Virus record (IMG/VR): IMGVR_UViG_2765235998_000001
Location: 1-64,000 of that record
Reading direction: 5' to 3' (one strand)
Length of the DNA: 64,000 nucleotides
Origin: a virus
Lineage: Duplodnaviria > Caudoviricetes
The position numbers were made by a program, and so were the translations under genes. The notes below the pieces were generated by a model that worked only from the letters and a program-made list of their open reading frames with translations, was not told the DNA's origin and made no database searches. Numbering within the stretch: the stretch's first letter is position 1; every line of letters begins with the position of its first letter. Positions 54,489-63,594 of this stretch are shown piece by piece.

Positions 54489-55691
54489 ATGCTCTCCACA
54501 GTGCAGAACGCGGCCGAGCAGATGCCCTGGCAGGCATGGGCCGCCCTCCTCGCCCTCACCACCCTCGCCATCGGCCAAATCCTTGGCCGCCGCACCCGCC
54601 CCGACACCAACCGCAAGCCCCGCGACAAGGCCAAGCAGCGCACCCTCATCGGCCTCCTCGGCATGGGCCTCGTCGCCCTCCTCGGCTTCGGGCTCTCCGC
54701 CAACACCTCGATCGTCTTCGCCCAGGCTCGACTCCACATGGTCGCCCCCTGGACCCTCACCGTCGGCCTCGCCCTCGAGGGCATCGTCCTCGGCCTCACC
54801 GTGTACTCCTGGGCCTTCGAGGACAAGGGCACCGCGCGCGCCGCATACCTCCTCGTCTTCGCGCAGGCCATCGGCGCCGTCGAGGTCGTCCGCTTCCAGC
54901 ACGAGGACATCGGCACCGCAGCCGTCCGCATCGTCGGCCCCGTGATGCTCGCCTACGGCCTTCACAAGCTCCTCGGTCTCGAGACGAAGCTCAAGAAGAT
55001 CGAGATCAAGTCCGACAGCATCCTGGCCCGCTGGTGGCGCGACCGCCTCAAGCGCCTCGAGAGCAAGCTCGGCATCGGATCCCGCGGCGCCGACGCCCAG
55101 GCCATCAGCCGCCGCAACGCCCAAGACCGCCTCGTCACCCTCGCCACCCTCGGCAAGCCCTGGTGGGCCATCGGCACGTTCGGCACCCGCCGCTACGAGA
55201 AGGCCCTCATGCGCGCCGGCGACGCCTCCTTCCACGGACTCAACGACACCCTCGACGAACTCGGCACGGAGATGCGGATCACCACCCGCATCGACCGCAT
55301 GGGCGCCTTCAAGAACCTCCCGAACCGGACCGAGGACTACACCCTGCGCTCCCTGCGCCCCGCTGTAGGCCCGCAGGGCGCACCGGACGCTGCGCCCGAC
55401 GACATAAGCGGTCTGACCAGCGAGGGCGCACCAGGGCGCACCCCAGGGCCCACCACGGGCGCGCCCGAGGCGACCCCCGGCGAGGCGCAGGCGAGCAAGA
55501 GGCCCGAGGCAGGCGATGGCGACCGTCGCAGGCTCGCCTTCGACCTCTACTTCGACCTCCGCGGCACCGGATCCGCCCCCTCCCAGAACGCCTTCGAGCA
55601 GGCCTGGCGGAAGGCCGGATACGGGCTGAAGACCGACGACATCCGCGCCCTCTACAAGGACATCCACACCAAAGTCACCGGCAACAACTGA
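54489..55691 (+). CDS. Multi-TM plasmid spread/transfer-type protein (Spd/DUF2637-like)
   Basis: About five TM segments, Pro/Gly-rich linker, C-terminal HTH-like domain, in the tra region. Confidence 0.6.
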   Translation: MLSTVQNAAEQMPWQAWAALLALTTLAIGQILGRRTRPDTNRKPRDKAKQRTLIGLLGMGLVALLGFGLSANTSIVFAQARLHMVAPWTLTVGLALEGIVLGLTVYSWAFEDKGTARAAYLLVFAQAIGAVEVVRFQHEDIGTAAVRIVGPVMLAYGLHKLLGLETKLKKIEIKSDSILARWWRDRLKRLESKLGIGSRGADAQAISRRNAQDRLVTLATLGKPWWAIGTFGTRRYEKALMRAGDASFHGLNDTLDELGTEMRITTRIDRMGAFKNLPNRTEDYTLRSLRPAVGPQGAPDAAPDDISGLTSEGAPGRTPGPTTGAPEATPGEAQASKRPEAGDGDRRRLAFDLYFDLRGTGSAPSQNAFEQAWRKAGYGLKTDDIRALYKDIHTKVTGNN

Positions 55692-55728
55692 TCCCCGAAC
55701 CAACCAGACCAGGAGAGAGACAGAACCC

Positions 55729-56283
55729 ATGGACATCAACGCTCTGTTCGAGAAGAACGGGATGCGCGACTTCACCGCCGAGCAGCGCGACACGTTCATG
55801 AACGACGGGCAGCAGATCCGGCAGATGCAGCGCATCGTCCAGGCCCGCCTCACCCAGATCAGCCTCGACGGCGACCGCCCCGGCGCCGCGGGCCGGCGGG
55901 CCCGGAAGATGGCGAAGAAGTTCGGCAAGCTCGCTCACCTGCTGGAACAGGCCGCCGCGCAGTGCGAGGCCATCAACACCGCCTACGTCCACGACATCCT
56001 CGAGCTGCCCGACAGGCGCCTGAAGGCCATCGCGGCCAAGGAGAACCGGCGTCAGCGTCTCGGGATCGCGGCGTCCGGTGTGCAGGAGCAGATCGCGGGC
56101 TCCCTGAACACCAGCGTGAACACCTTCCACGGCATCGGAGCGACGAATCCGCAGGTCACGCCGCTGGCGCAGGCCCCGCAGTACCACACGGCCACCCCGT
56201 CCTACGCCTACCCGGCCCCGCCCGCCCACCAGCCCACGAGCAGCATCGCCGACCTCTTCCCGAACATCGGGGAGACCGGGTGA
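55729..56283 (+). CDS. TraA-like plasmid transfer protein
   Basis: Helical; ARL.....GD......RRAR.....L..A; located in the tra cluster. Confidence 0.5.
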   Translation: MDINALFEKNGMRDFTAEQRDTFMNDGQQIRQMQRIVQARLTQISLDGDRPGAAGRRARKMAKKFGKLAHLLEQAAAQCEAINTAYVHDILELPDRRLKAIAAKENRRQRLGIAASGVQEQIAGSLNTSVNTFHGIGATNPQVTPLAQAPQYHTATPSYAYPAPPAHQPTSSIADLFPNIGETG

Positions 56284-56504
56284 ACGCGCAGCAGAAGGCC
56301 GCCCAGACGCGCCTCGCGAACCAGGCCGCCCACTACAACACCGCCCAAGCCAAGGCGGCCGAACAAGGGCCGATGCACCTCATCACGTTCTGGACCAGCG
56401 TGTGCCGCAAGCTCGCCAAGGACGCGTTGGAGAACGGCGACCCATCGGTCGCGAACCGGCTCGCCTCCGTCCTCAATGACTTCTACCAACGTCACATCCA
56501 GTGA
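56280..56504 (+). CDS. Hypothetical protein
   Basis: GTGA coupling. Confidence 0.6.
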   Translation: MNAQQKAAQTRLANQAAHYNTAQAKAAEQGPMHLITFWTSVCRKLAKDALENGDPSVANRLASVLNDFYQRHIQ

Positions 56505-56625
56505 CCATCGTCATCATCATCACCCCCCGAAAACGAGGTGATGACGGCCCCAACGCGCGTGCGCAACGCGCGTGCGCGAGGGTCCCCGATCCGACTACAG
56601 CCTGTCAACCCCGAAAGGAGGAGGA

Positions 56626-58773
56626 ATGAGCAGCAACGACGACCAGACCACCGGCAGCAACGTCTTCCCGTTCCCCCGGATCGGGTTCACCCTCACCCCC
56701 ACCACCGGCCCGGCCGGCACCCCGGACACGGCCGGCGCGAGCACGACCACGGCCCCCGACTGGGACGCCGTCACCGTCACCAACAGCGGCCGCCGCAGCC
56801 CCCTCGACGCCCTGAACGCGCTCCCCGACCCCGGCCTCACCGCCCCCCTCGTCCCCTACACGGCGCCCCCCGCCCCCGGCACCGTCCCGGACACCTTCCG
56901 CGGCGAACCCGCACCCGACCTCGTCGGCCCCCGCATCGGCGCACTGTCCCTGGCCGCCTGCCTGGCCGTCGCGGTGGCCGCCCTGCGCGGCACCCACACC
57001 GTCCTGTCGACCTGGTGGGAGAACCGTCAGGCCCGGGCCGCGGAGAGTGCCCCGCTGCGGGAGGCCCGCGCCAAGCACCAGGCGGCCATGCAGGCCATCG
57101 GCGACAAGGCGGCCGAGCAGCGCGCCAAGGCAGCCTCCAAGGTGCCCTCGAGTTCGGAGTTCGGGCGGAAGACGCTGGGCGGGGGAGGACGCTCCGGAGG
57201 ATCCGGCAGTTCCGGGCGTTCCGGTGGCTCGGGCAAGAGCGGCGGGAGCGGCAGTGGCGGATCGTCAGGGCGGAAGCCGTCCGGCCGCTCCGGGTCCGGC
57301 AACAGCTCCTCGAGTGGCCGCGGATCGTCCGGGCACGCGTCTGGTGGCCGCGGCAAGACGCCCTCGAAGACGCCGACCACACCCGGCAGCAAGAAGACCC
57401 CCACCAACACCAGCCAGCGCAAAAACACATCGGGCAAGACGGCGCCCGGTCGCGGCAAATCCCCCAGCAGTTCGTCGACCAGCCCGGCGATGGAGCGCGG
57501 CCGCCGACGCCAGGACCGCACCGACAAACGCCAGGCCGCCCGCCTCAAGCGGAAAGCAGACCGGCAGGCCGCACGCCTGAAGGACCAGGCCAAGGACCAC
57601 GCCGCCGACCGCACCCGCAAGGAAGCCGCCAAGGACGCCCGCCGGGAAGCCCGCGCCAAGGCGCGCACCGCACGCACGGAGGACAAGAGGGCCAAGAAGG
57701 AAGAGAAGAAGGCCGCCCCCGGGTCGCTGGGCAACGCGGTCCGGAAGGAAGCCGCGCGCCGCCTGAAGAAGCGCCGCAAGACGCTCACCCCCATCCTCAG
57801 CAAGGCCAAGACGCCGAAAACCCCCAAGGCCGCAGGCAAGGACACCGCGGACAAGGCCAGCTCCCCAAAGGGCACGAAGCCCGGAGCGGGCAAGCCGGGC
57901 ACCGCAGGCACCAAGCCGCCGAAGAAGAGGACCAGCCGGATTCGCTGGGGCAAGCGCGCCAGCAAGCGCAAGGGCCGCCGCACCCCAGGCGCCGGCGGAT
58001 GGCGCTTCCCCGGAAGCACGCCAGGTCCCGGCACCACCAGCACGCCCCCGCCCGGTGGTGGCCGTACGCGGCGCAGCCCCTTCGAGAGCGCCGCCCACAC
58101 CGCGCCCACCACCTACACCGTCACCAGCGACCACGTCCCCGGCAGCCGCGCCAAGCGGTGGGAGCCCGACGGCCTGACCACCGGCGCCCCCGCGCTCCCC
58201 GCGACCGGGCCGGCCGCCCTCGACGCGGCCCCCACCACCGCGTTCCCGCGGCCCGGCACCACCCGCCCCAAGGAGGCCCGCCCCATGCCCCCCACACCCG
58301 CACGCCAAGACCCGCGCCTCGTCAAAGCCCGCCACCAGGCCGCCCGCACCGGCCAGCAAGTCATCGCCCAAGCCCGCCACATGGACGCCCAGCACGAAAC
58401 AGAGATCACCCTCGACGACGCCCTCGACGAATACGGCGACTTCAAGGACGACGGCTTCAAAACCCACGACCAGGCATCCAAGCTCGCCGCCCGCGGACGC
58501 AAACTCCAAGGCGTCCTCGCCCTGTTCGCCGAAGAACTCGCCACCGACCACAACGTCGTCGGCGCCCTGTTCTCCGCCGCGATGGCCCGCATGTCCGAGT
58601 CCATGGACCTCCTGGCCCGCATGTCCGACGAAATGCAGATTTCCTCCCTTGAGGCCGCCGAACTGGCGGAGGCCGCGGACAACGACCTCAACGACGCCTA
58701 CCGGCCCATCACCCAGGCCACCGCCGACGCCGGCCTGGCCACCCCCTCCGCGCCTATCCACAACCAGAGCTGA
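56626..58773 (+). CDS. Large transfer-region protein: TM, Gly/Ser- and Lys/Arg-rich low complexity, helical C-terminus
   Basis: RBS AAGGAGGAGG; 715 aa. Confidence 0.7.
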   Translation: MSSNDDQTTGSNVFPFPRIGFTLTPTTGPAGTPDTAGASTTTAPDWDAVTVTNSGRRSPLDALNALPDPGLTAPLVPYTAPPAPGTVPDTFRGEPAPDLVGPRIGALSLAACLAVAVAALRGTHTVLSTWWENRQARAAESAPLREARAKHQAAMQAIGDKAAEQRAKAASKVPSSSEFGRKTLGGGGRSGGSGSSGRSGGSGKSGGSGSGGSSGRKPSGRSGSGNSSSSGRGSSGHASGGRGKTPSKTPTTPGSKKTPTNTSQRKNTSGKTAPGRGKSPSSSSTSPAMERGRRRQDRTDKRQAARLKRKADRQAARLKDQAKDHAADRTRKEAAKDARREARAKARTARTEDKRAKKEEKKAAPGSLGNAVRKEAARRLKKRRKTLTPILSKAKTPKTPKAAGKDTADKASSPKGTKPGAGKPGTAGTKPPKKRTSRIRWGKRASKRKGRRTPGAGGWRFPGSTPGPGTTSTPPPGGGRTRRSPFESAAHTAPTTYTVTSDHVPGSRAKRWEPDGLTTGAPALPATGPAALDAAPTTAFPRPGTTRPKEARPMPPTPARQDPRLVKARHQAARTGQQVIAQARHMDAQHETEITLDDALDEYGDFKDDGFKTHDQASKLAARGRKLQGVLALFAEELATDHNVVGALFSAAMARMSESMDLLARMSDEMQISSLEAAELAEAADNDLNDAYRPITQATADAGLATPSAPIHNQS

Positions 58774-58784
58774 AGGAGACAGCC

Positions 58785-59273
58785 ATGAGCGACGGAACCG
58801 CCATCGAACCGACCTCCGTACAGACCGCAGCCGAAGCCGGCGGCAGTGCACCCGTCCCCGCGGGTGGGGAGGCGGAGCGGCCCACCTGGTCCGGCGCCAT
58901 CTTCGGCATCCTCAACTTCGTCACCCTCGCCCTAAGGATCATGGCCCTCGCCGCCGCGGCCGCCATCCTCAAAGAGCAACTGCACCTCCTCAAGGCGCGC
59001 ATGCACCAGGACGCGCAGCGCGCCCGGCGCCTCGCCGGGCACCTCGCCCAGGCTGGTGCCGACGCCCACTTCCAGGCGCAGGCCTTCGAGGTTGCTGCCG
59101 CCTTCGACCGCGTCGCCGAGGCCTCCGGTGAAGTGGCGAACGCCGCCGACGGTATGGAAGCCGACGCCAACGGTGTCCGCGACGCCCACCAGGCCGAGTA
59201 CGGCGGCATCTACGAAGCCGTGCAGGCCTCCCCCTACGCCCAGCCCAAGCCCGGCTTCAACCGCGTCCGCTAA
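58785..59273 (+). CDS. Helical-hairpin conjugal transfer accessory protein
   Basis: Ala-rich helices ending H...YGGIYEAV......P..GF; directly upstream of TraB. Confidence 0.65.
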   Translation: MSDGTAIEPTSVQTAAEAGGSAPVPAGGEAERPTWSGAIFGILNFVTLALRIMALAAAAAILKEQLHLLKARMHQDAQRARRLAGHLAQAGADAHFQAQAFEVAAAFDRVAEASGEVANAADGMEADANGVRDAHQAEYGGIYEAVQASPYAQPKPGFNRVR

Positions 59274-59305
59274 CCCACCCCAACCCTGCTGAAGGAGGAA
59301 CCATC

Positions 59306-61603
59306 GTGGCCGTCACCCAGACGACACCCGCCCCCGCCGCCGACGGCCCCCGCCTCGTTCCCGCCCGCTCCATCCGCCGCCGCGCCCGCCTGGAGCGCCT
59401 CACCTACGGTGCTGCCGCCCTCGGTATCACCATCGCCCCCCACAACCCCGACTGGTGGCCCGCCCACCTCGGCGCCGCAGGCCTCGCCGCCGGAACCCTC
59501 TGGCGCCTCTTCGACAAGTGGGGCCAGACCCCCCTCGGCCAGCCCCACGCAGGCTTCCTCAAGACCTGCCAGAAAGCCCTCCCGGTCCTCACCGGCGCCG
59601 GCATCTACCTCACCAACCTCCTCATGCCCGGCACCCCGTGGTGGGAGTACGCCGACGGCGCCGCCTGGGCCGCCCTGATGGGCCTCACCACGCCCCTCAC
59701 CCACGCCGCGAACCTCCTCGCCCTCGTCCCCACCCCCGACCCGGAGACGCCCGAGCTCGAGGCCGCAGCCCCCGCACAACCCGCGAACTTCGCCGAGTAC
59801 CGGGCCATGCAGTGGACGGCCTCCGACGCCGGCCGCGACACCCAACTCACAGGCGTCCGCCAGTACTGCGACAACCAGGGCCGCCCCCTGCCCGACTTCG
59901 ACGCCATCGTCGTCGCCCAGCAGGGCAAGCCCGTCCCCACCCCCAACCCCACCACCCTGGCCGCCGCCTTCGACATGCCCGAAGGCACCGTCACCCTCCA
60001 CCCCATCGACGGCTCCGGACCCGGCCGCAAACTCCTCACCGCACGCCCCACCGAACACGCCACCCAGGCCATCCAGAACAACGACCCCGTCCACCAGATC
60101 TGGAACCAGAAGATCGCCACCCCCGGCGGCGGCGCCCCCGGCATGCTCCTCACCAGCTACCGCGCAGAGCCCAACCGCATCGCCCTGCGCGTCGAAGCCC
60201 CCGAAGACCAGCTCATCCAGCTCAACCAGAAACTCATCGCCCGAGGCTTCGGCTACAAGGACACCAGCCTCGTCATGGTCGAAACCGACAGCCTCGGCGA
60301 CGGCCTCATCTCCCTCTACAAGGAGCACCCCCTGCTGAACGTCCGCGAAGCCACCCGCGAAGACCTCACCATGGCCCCCGACGGCACCATCGCACTCGGT
60401 CAGCAGCCCGACGCCCGCACCGGCCGCGTCCCCCTCTACGACCCGCAGATGGGCGCCATCACCGACCTGTACGTCGGCGCCCCCGGAGCCGGAAAGTCCG
60501 TCACCCTGCTCCACGTCATCGCCGCCGAACGCCTCTCCGGCATCGTCTCCATCGTCGCCGACGCCCAGGACGGCATGTCCCTTCCCGAGGTCGACGGGCG
60601 CGTCTTCCACTTCGGCAAGGGCATCGCCGCCACCGCCGCGACCCTCGCCGCCGCCAACGACCTCGGCAAATACCGGGAGAAGATCAGCGCCGAGAACGGC
60701 TGGGGCTCCTTCGAGATCGGCAACCCCTGGCCGCTCGTCAACGTCACCCTCGACGAACTGAACCGCATCCTGTCCGCCGACGCCGTCGTACCCCGCCCCT
60801 TCCGCAAGTGGGTCACCGGCCTCGTCGGAGACACCCAGTCCACCGGCCGCAAGCTCGGCCTCGGCATCCGCTTCGCCGCCCAGTCCATCCACCTCGCCGA
60901 CCTCGGCGACAAGGACCGCATCCGCGCCAACGCCAAGAACGGCACCGTCTGGCTCGGCCGCACCAACTCCTCCACCACCCAGCACATGGCCCGCGACGGC
61001 GTCCTGCCCCCCGGCGTCGAAATCGCCCCCATCCCCCGCTACTTCGGAACCGGCGGCAACAACGCCATCGACGCCGCGTTCGAAGGCAAGGAAGCCAAGC
61101 ACGGCCCGATCACCGCGGGCATGGCCAACATCATCAACGGCGGCAGCCTCTTCACTAACCGCACCTGGTTCGCCCGCAAGGAGAACAAGACCTACCCGCA
61201 CCTCATCAACCTCATGGAATCCAGCCCCATCCCGTGGCTGACCGAGCAGGAGGTCGTCGTCTTCGGGATCTCCTACCAGCGGTGGCTGGCCTTCGCCGAG
61301 GCACTCCTGGCCGGAGAAGGCGAAGAGGGAATCCAGGAGGCCGTGGACGCGCACCAGGGCGTCGTGGGCAAGCAGGCCGCGTTCCTCGCCGACGACGACG
61401 AAGACGACCAGCCGTCCGCCGGCTCCATCAAGGACCGCATCCTCGACCTCCTCGCCGACGGCCAGCCCTGGCCCCTCAAAGACGTCCGCCACCGCCTCGA
61501 CGACGTCGCCCCCGGCAGCGTCAACAACGCCATGACCGAACTCCGCGAAGCCGGCCACGTCCAGCCTGCCGGATCCCGCGGCACCTACCAGATCACCAAC
61601 TAA
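59306..61603 (+). CDS. traB: TraB-like FtsK/SpoIIIE conjugative DNA translocase
   Basis: N-terminal TMs, Walker A GAPGAGKS, Walker B VTLDE, GRKLG...AAQ, C-terminal wHTH. Confidence 0.8.
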   Translation: MAVTQTTPAPAADGPRLVPARSIRRRARLERLTYGAAALGITIAPHNPDWWPAHLGAAGLAAGTLWRLFDKWGQTPLGQPHAGFLKTCQKALPVLTGAGIYLTNLLMPGTPWWEYADGAAWAALMGLTTPLTHAANLLALVPTPDPETPELEAAAPAQPANFAEYRAMQWTASDAGRDTQLTGVRQYCDNQGRPLPDFDAIVVAQQGKPVPTPNPTTLAAAFDMPEGTVTLHPIDGSGPGRKLLTARPTEHATQAIQNNDPVHQIWNQKIATPGGGAPGMLLTSYRAEPNRIALRVEAPEDQLIQLNQKLIARGFGYKDTSLVMVETDSLGDGLISLYKEHPLLNVREATREDLTMAPDGTIALGQQPDARTGRVPLYDPQMGAITDLYVGAPGAGKSVTLLHVIAAERLSGIVSIVADAQDGMSLPEVDGRVFHFGKGIAATAATLAAANDLGKYREKISAENGWGSFEIGNPWPLVNVTLDELNRILSADAVVPRPFRKWVTGLVGDTQSTGRKLGLGIRFAAQSIHLADLGDKDRIRANAKNGTVWLGRTNSSTTQHMARDGVLPPGVEIAPIPRYFGTGGNNAIDAAFEGKEAKHGPITAGMANIINGGSLFTNRTWFARKENKTYPHLINLMESSPIPWLTEQEVVVFGISYQRWLAFAEALLAGEGEEGIQEAVDAHQGVVGKQAAFLADDDEDDQPSAGSIKDRILDLLADGQPWPLKDVRHRLDDVAPGSVNNAMTELREAGHVQPAGSRGTYQITN

Positions 61604-61628
61604 CCCCGCCCCGAAGGAGCACCCGCCC

Positions 61629-62195
61629 GTGACCACCCAGCCCGGCCACCGCCCCGCCGCCACCCCGGCCGGGCCCCACACCCCCGACACCCTCCACCGC
61701 GCCGCCCAGATCGCCGCAGCCGTCGACGCCGTCTACGAACAGCCCACCGCCATTCGCATCAACGACCCCGACATCCCCTCCTGGCAGGACGGGCCCCGCA
61801 TCGGCACCACACCAGCCATCACCAACCAGCCCGGCGCACGACGACCCGCCATGAGCCAGCGCGCCGTCGACCTCAACACCACGATCCTCTCCAGCAGCGT
61901 CCTCGTCGCATCCCTCGGAGGAGCAACCTGCGCCGTCCTCTGGGCCTCCAGCGTCGCCAACTCCACGGTCATCCAGTGGATCTGCGGCTGCGCCGTAGCC
62001 GTCCCCGCCGCCCTCGCCGTCGCCGCTCTCGCCTTCAAGAGCTTCATGAAAAGCGCCAAGGACGTCGTCCAGGCCGCCCCGCCCCAGATCAACCAGTACT
62101 ACACCGGCTACGTCGACCAGCGCTCCACCCACCAGAACACCCAGACCCGCGGCGTCATCGCCGTCACCAAGAACACCCCCGAACTTCCCCGCTAA
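61629..62195 (+). CDS. Two-TM spread protein (SpdD-like)
   Basis: P.IG..P...QPG.RP.MS.RA.D, TMs, YTG.V.Q. Confidence 0.6.
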   Translation: MTTQPGHRPAATPAGPHTPDTLHRAAQIAAAVDAVYEQPTAIRINDPDIPSWQDGPRIGTTPAITNQPGARRPAMSQRAVDLNTTILSSSVLVASLGGATCAVLWASSVANSTVIQWICGCAVAVPAALAVAALAFKSFMKSAKDVVQAAPPQINQYYTGYVDQRSTHQNTQTRGVIAVTKNTPELPR

Positions 62196-62210
62196 CCCCA
62201 GGAGCCCGCC

Positions 62211-62888
62211 ATGGCCGCCACCCACACCCCGACCCGCCGCACCCGCAACACCCGCACACGCCGCCGCACCCGGCGCTTACCCCGCCTCGGCGGCTGGTGG
62301 ATCGCCGTCATCCTCTCCGTCATCGCCGTCGCCAGGACCTGGCCCCTTTACACCGGCGCCGTCACCGCCCTCATAGCTGTAGCCGCCGTCATCGCCGTCG
62401 TACGCCCCCGACGACTCGCCCGCCCCCTCGGCTGGGCCACCACCCTCATCCACATCATCAACACCTACCGCACCCGCATGCCCGCCCCCGGACACCGCAC
62501 CCTCGACGCCTTCCTCGCCATGAACCCCACCCAGTTCGAACACGCCATCACCGCCCTCGCCCGCGAAGACCGCAACGTCACCTACGCCCAGCAAGTCGGC
62601 CAAGCCAACGACCGCGGCGCCGACGTACTCATCCAAGTCCGCGGCCGCCGCATCCTCATCCAGTGCAAACACCACCAACCCGGCCACAACGTCAGCTCCG
62701 AAACCATCCAGATCACCAACGGCGTCTACCGCGACATCCACCACTGCGACGCCGCCATCATCGTCACCACCGCCGGCTTCACCGCATCCGCCATCGCCAC
62801 CAACACGATGCTTCCCGCACCCATCCGGCTCGTCGACGGCCACGCCCTCACCACCTGGGCCAACAACGGCACCCCACCCTGGACATGA
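62211..62888 (+). CDS. Membrane-anchored Mrr-like restriction endonuclease
   Basis: P.QFE..I..L, DRGADV, IQCK, VTT..FT..A, LVDG..L; in-frame TTA at 62277. Confidence 0.85.
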   Translation: MAATHTPTRRTRNTRTRRRTRRLPRLGGWWIAVILSVIAVARTWPLYTGAVTALIAVAAVIAVVRPRRLARPLGWATTLIHIINTYRTRMPAPGHRTLDAFLAMNPTQFEHAITALAREDRNVTYAQQVGQANDRGADVLIQVRGRRILIQCKHHQPGHNVSSETIQITNGVYRDIHHCDAAIIVTTAGFTASAIATNTMLPAPIRLVDGHALTTWANNGTPPWT

Positions 62889-63066
62889 CCCCCACGCGGG
62901 GGAAGAGGAAGCCACCTCAGACAAACCGCCGAATCTACGGCAGCATCAACACCACAGCCCGGGAACAAGGCAGTCCCCCCGCCCCAACGCCCAGGCCCAC
63001 GGCCCCACCACCCGGCAACCCCCCGTCCGGGCAGGTGGGGCCGACCCCTATCCCGGGAGGCCAGCC

Positions 63067-63525
63067 GTGAACCGCCCTCACCGCAAGCTGAAACTCAACA
63101 ACCGCACGACAACACCCCAACCAGTCACGATCGCCGAATGGGACGTGACACCCGGCCTCCACGAATGGATCGAAAGCGAGATCAAGCAGCGAGAAGACAC
63201 GGCCGCCCCACTGGTAGGTCTCGGGACGTGCCCCGACTGGGGCCACTGCCAACCCGACTGCACACACCCGGTCGCCACCAACAACGCCACCGACATCCTG
63301 CGCCGCTGCACCGCCGACCGGAAGATCCTCGCCGCACACCCCTACACAACGCGCGTCATCAACCCGGCCTACGGCCCCCACTCCGCCGGATTCGGCTGCG
63401 AGACCTGCCACGACTGGGACGGCGTCCCCGAAGGACGCGGCAACTGCGCCACCATCCTCGCCCTCGCCGAAGCCTACGGACTCGAACCACCAGGCGAACA
63501 AGACGTCGAGATCATCCCCGGCTGA
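63067..63525 (+). CDS. DUF6221-like protein
   Basis: L..WI..., LRRC.ADRKIL..H, C..C, C..ILALAE.YG. Confidence 0.7.
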   Translation: MNRPHRKLKLNNRTTTPQPVTIAEWDVTPGLHEWIESEIKQREDTAAPLVGLGTCPDWGHCQPDCTHPVATNNATDILRRCTADRKILAAHPYTTRVINPAYGPHSAGFGCETCHDWDGVPEGRGNCATILALAEAYGLEPPGEQDVEIIPG

Positions 63526-63594
63526 CCAGCAGATCGAAGCCCGGACCGGTCCACGCCGGATTCGCGCGCGTGAGGCGCAGAGAGGGAGCAGGGC

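Noticed and set aside
59270-61690. Long antisense ORFs (806 aa here; also 27934..29571, 57265..58851 and 38307..39848)
   Set aside because: Shadow ORFs caused by high GC and codon bias opposite well-supported genes
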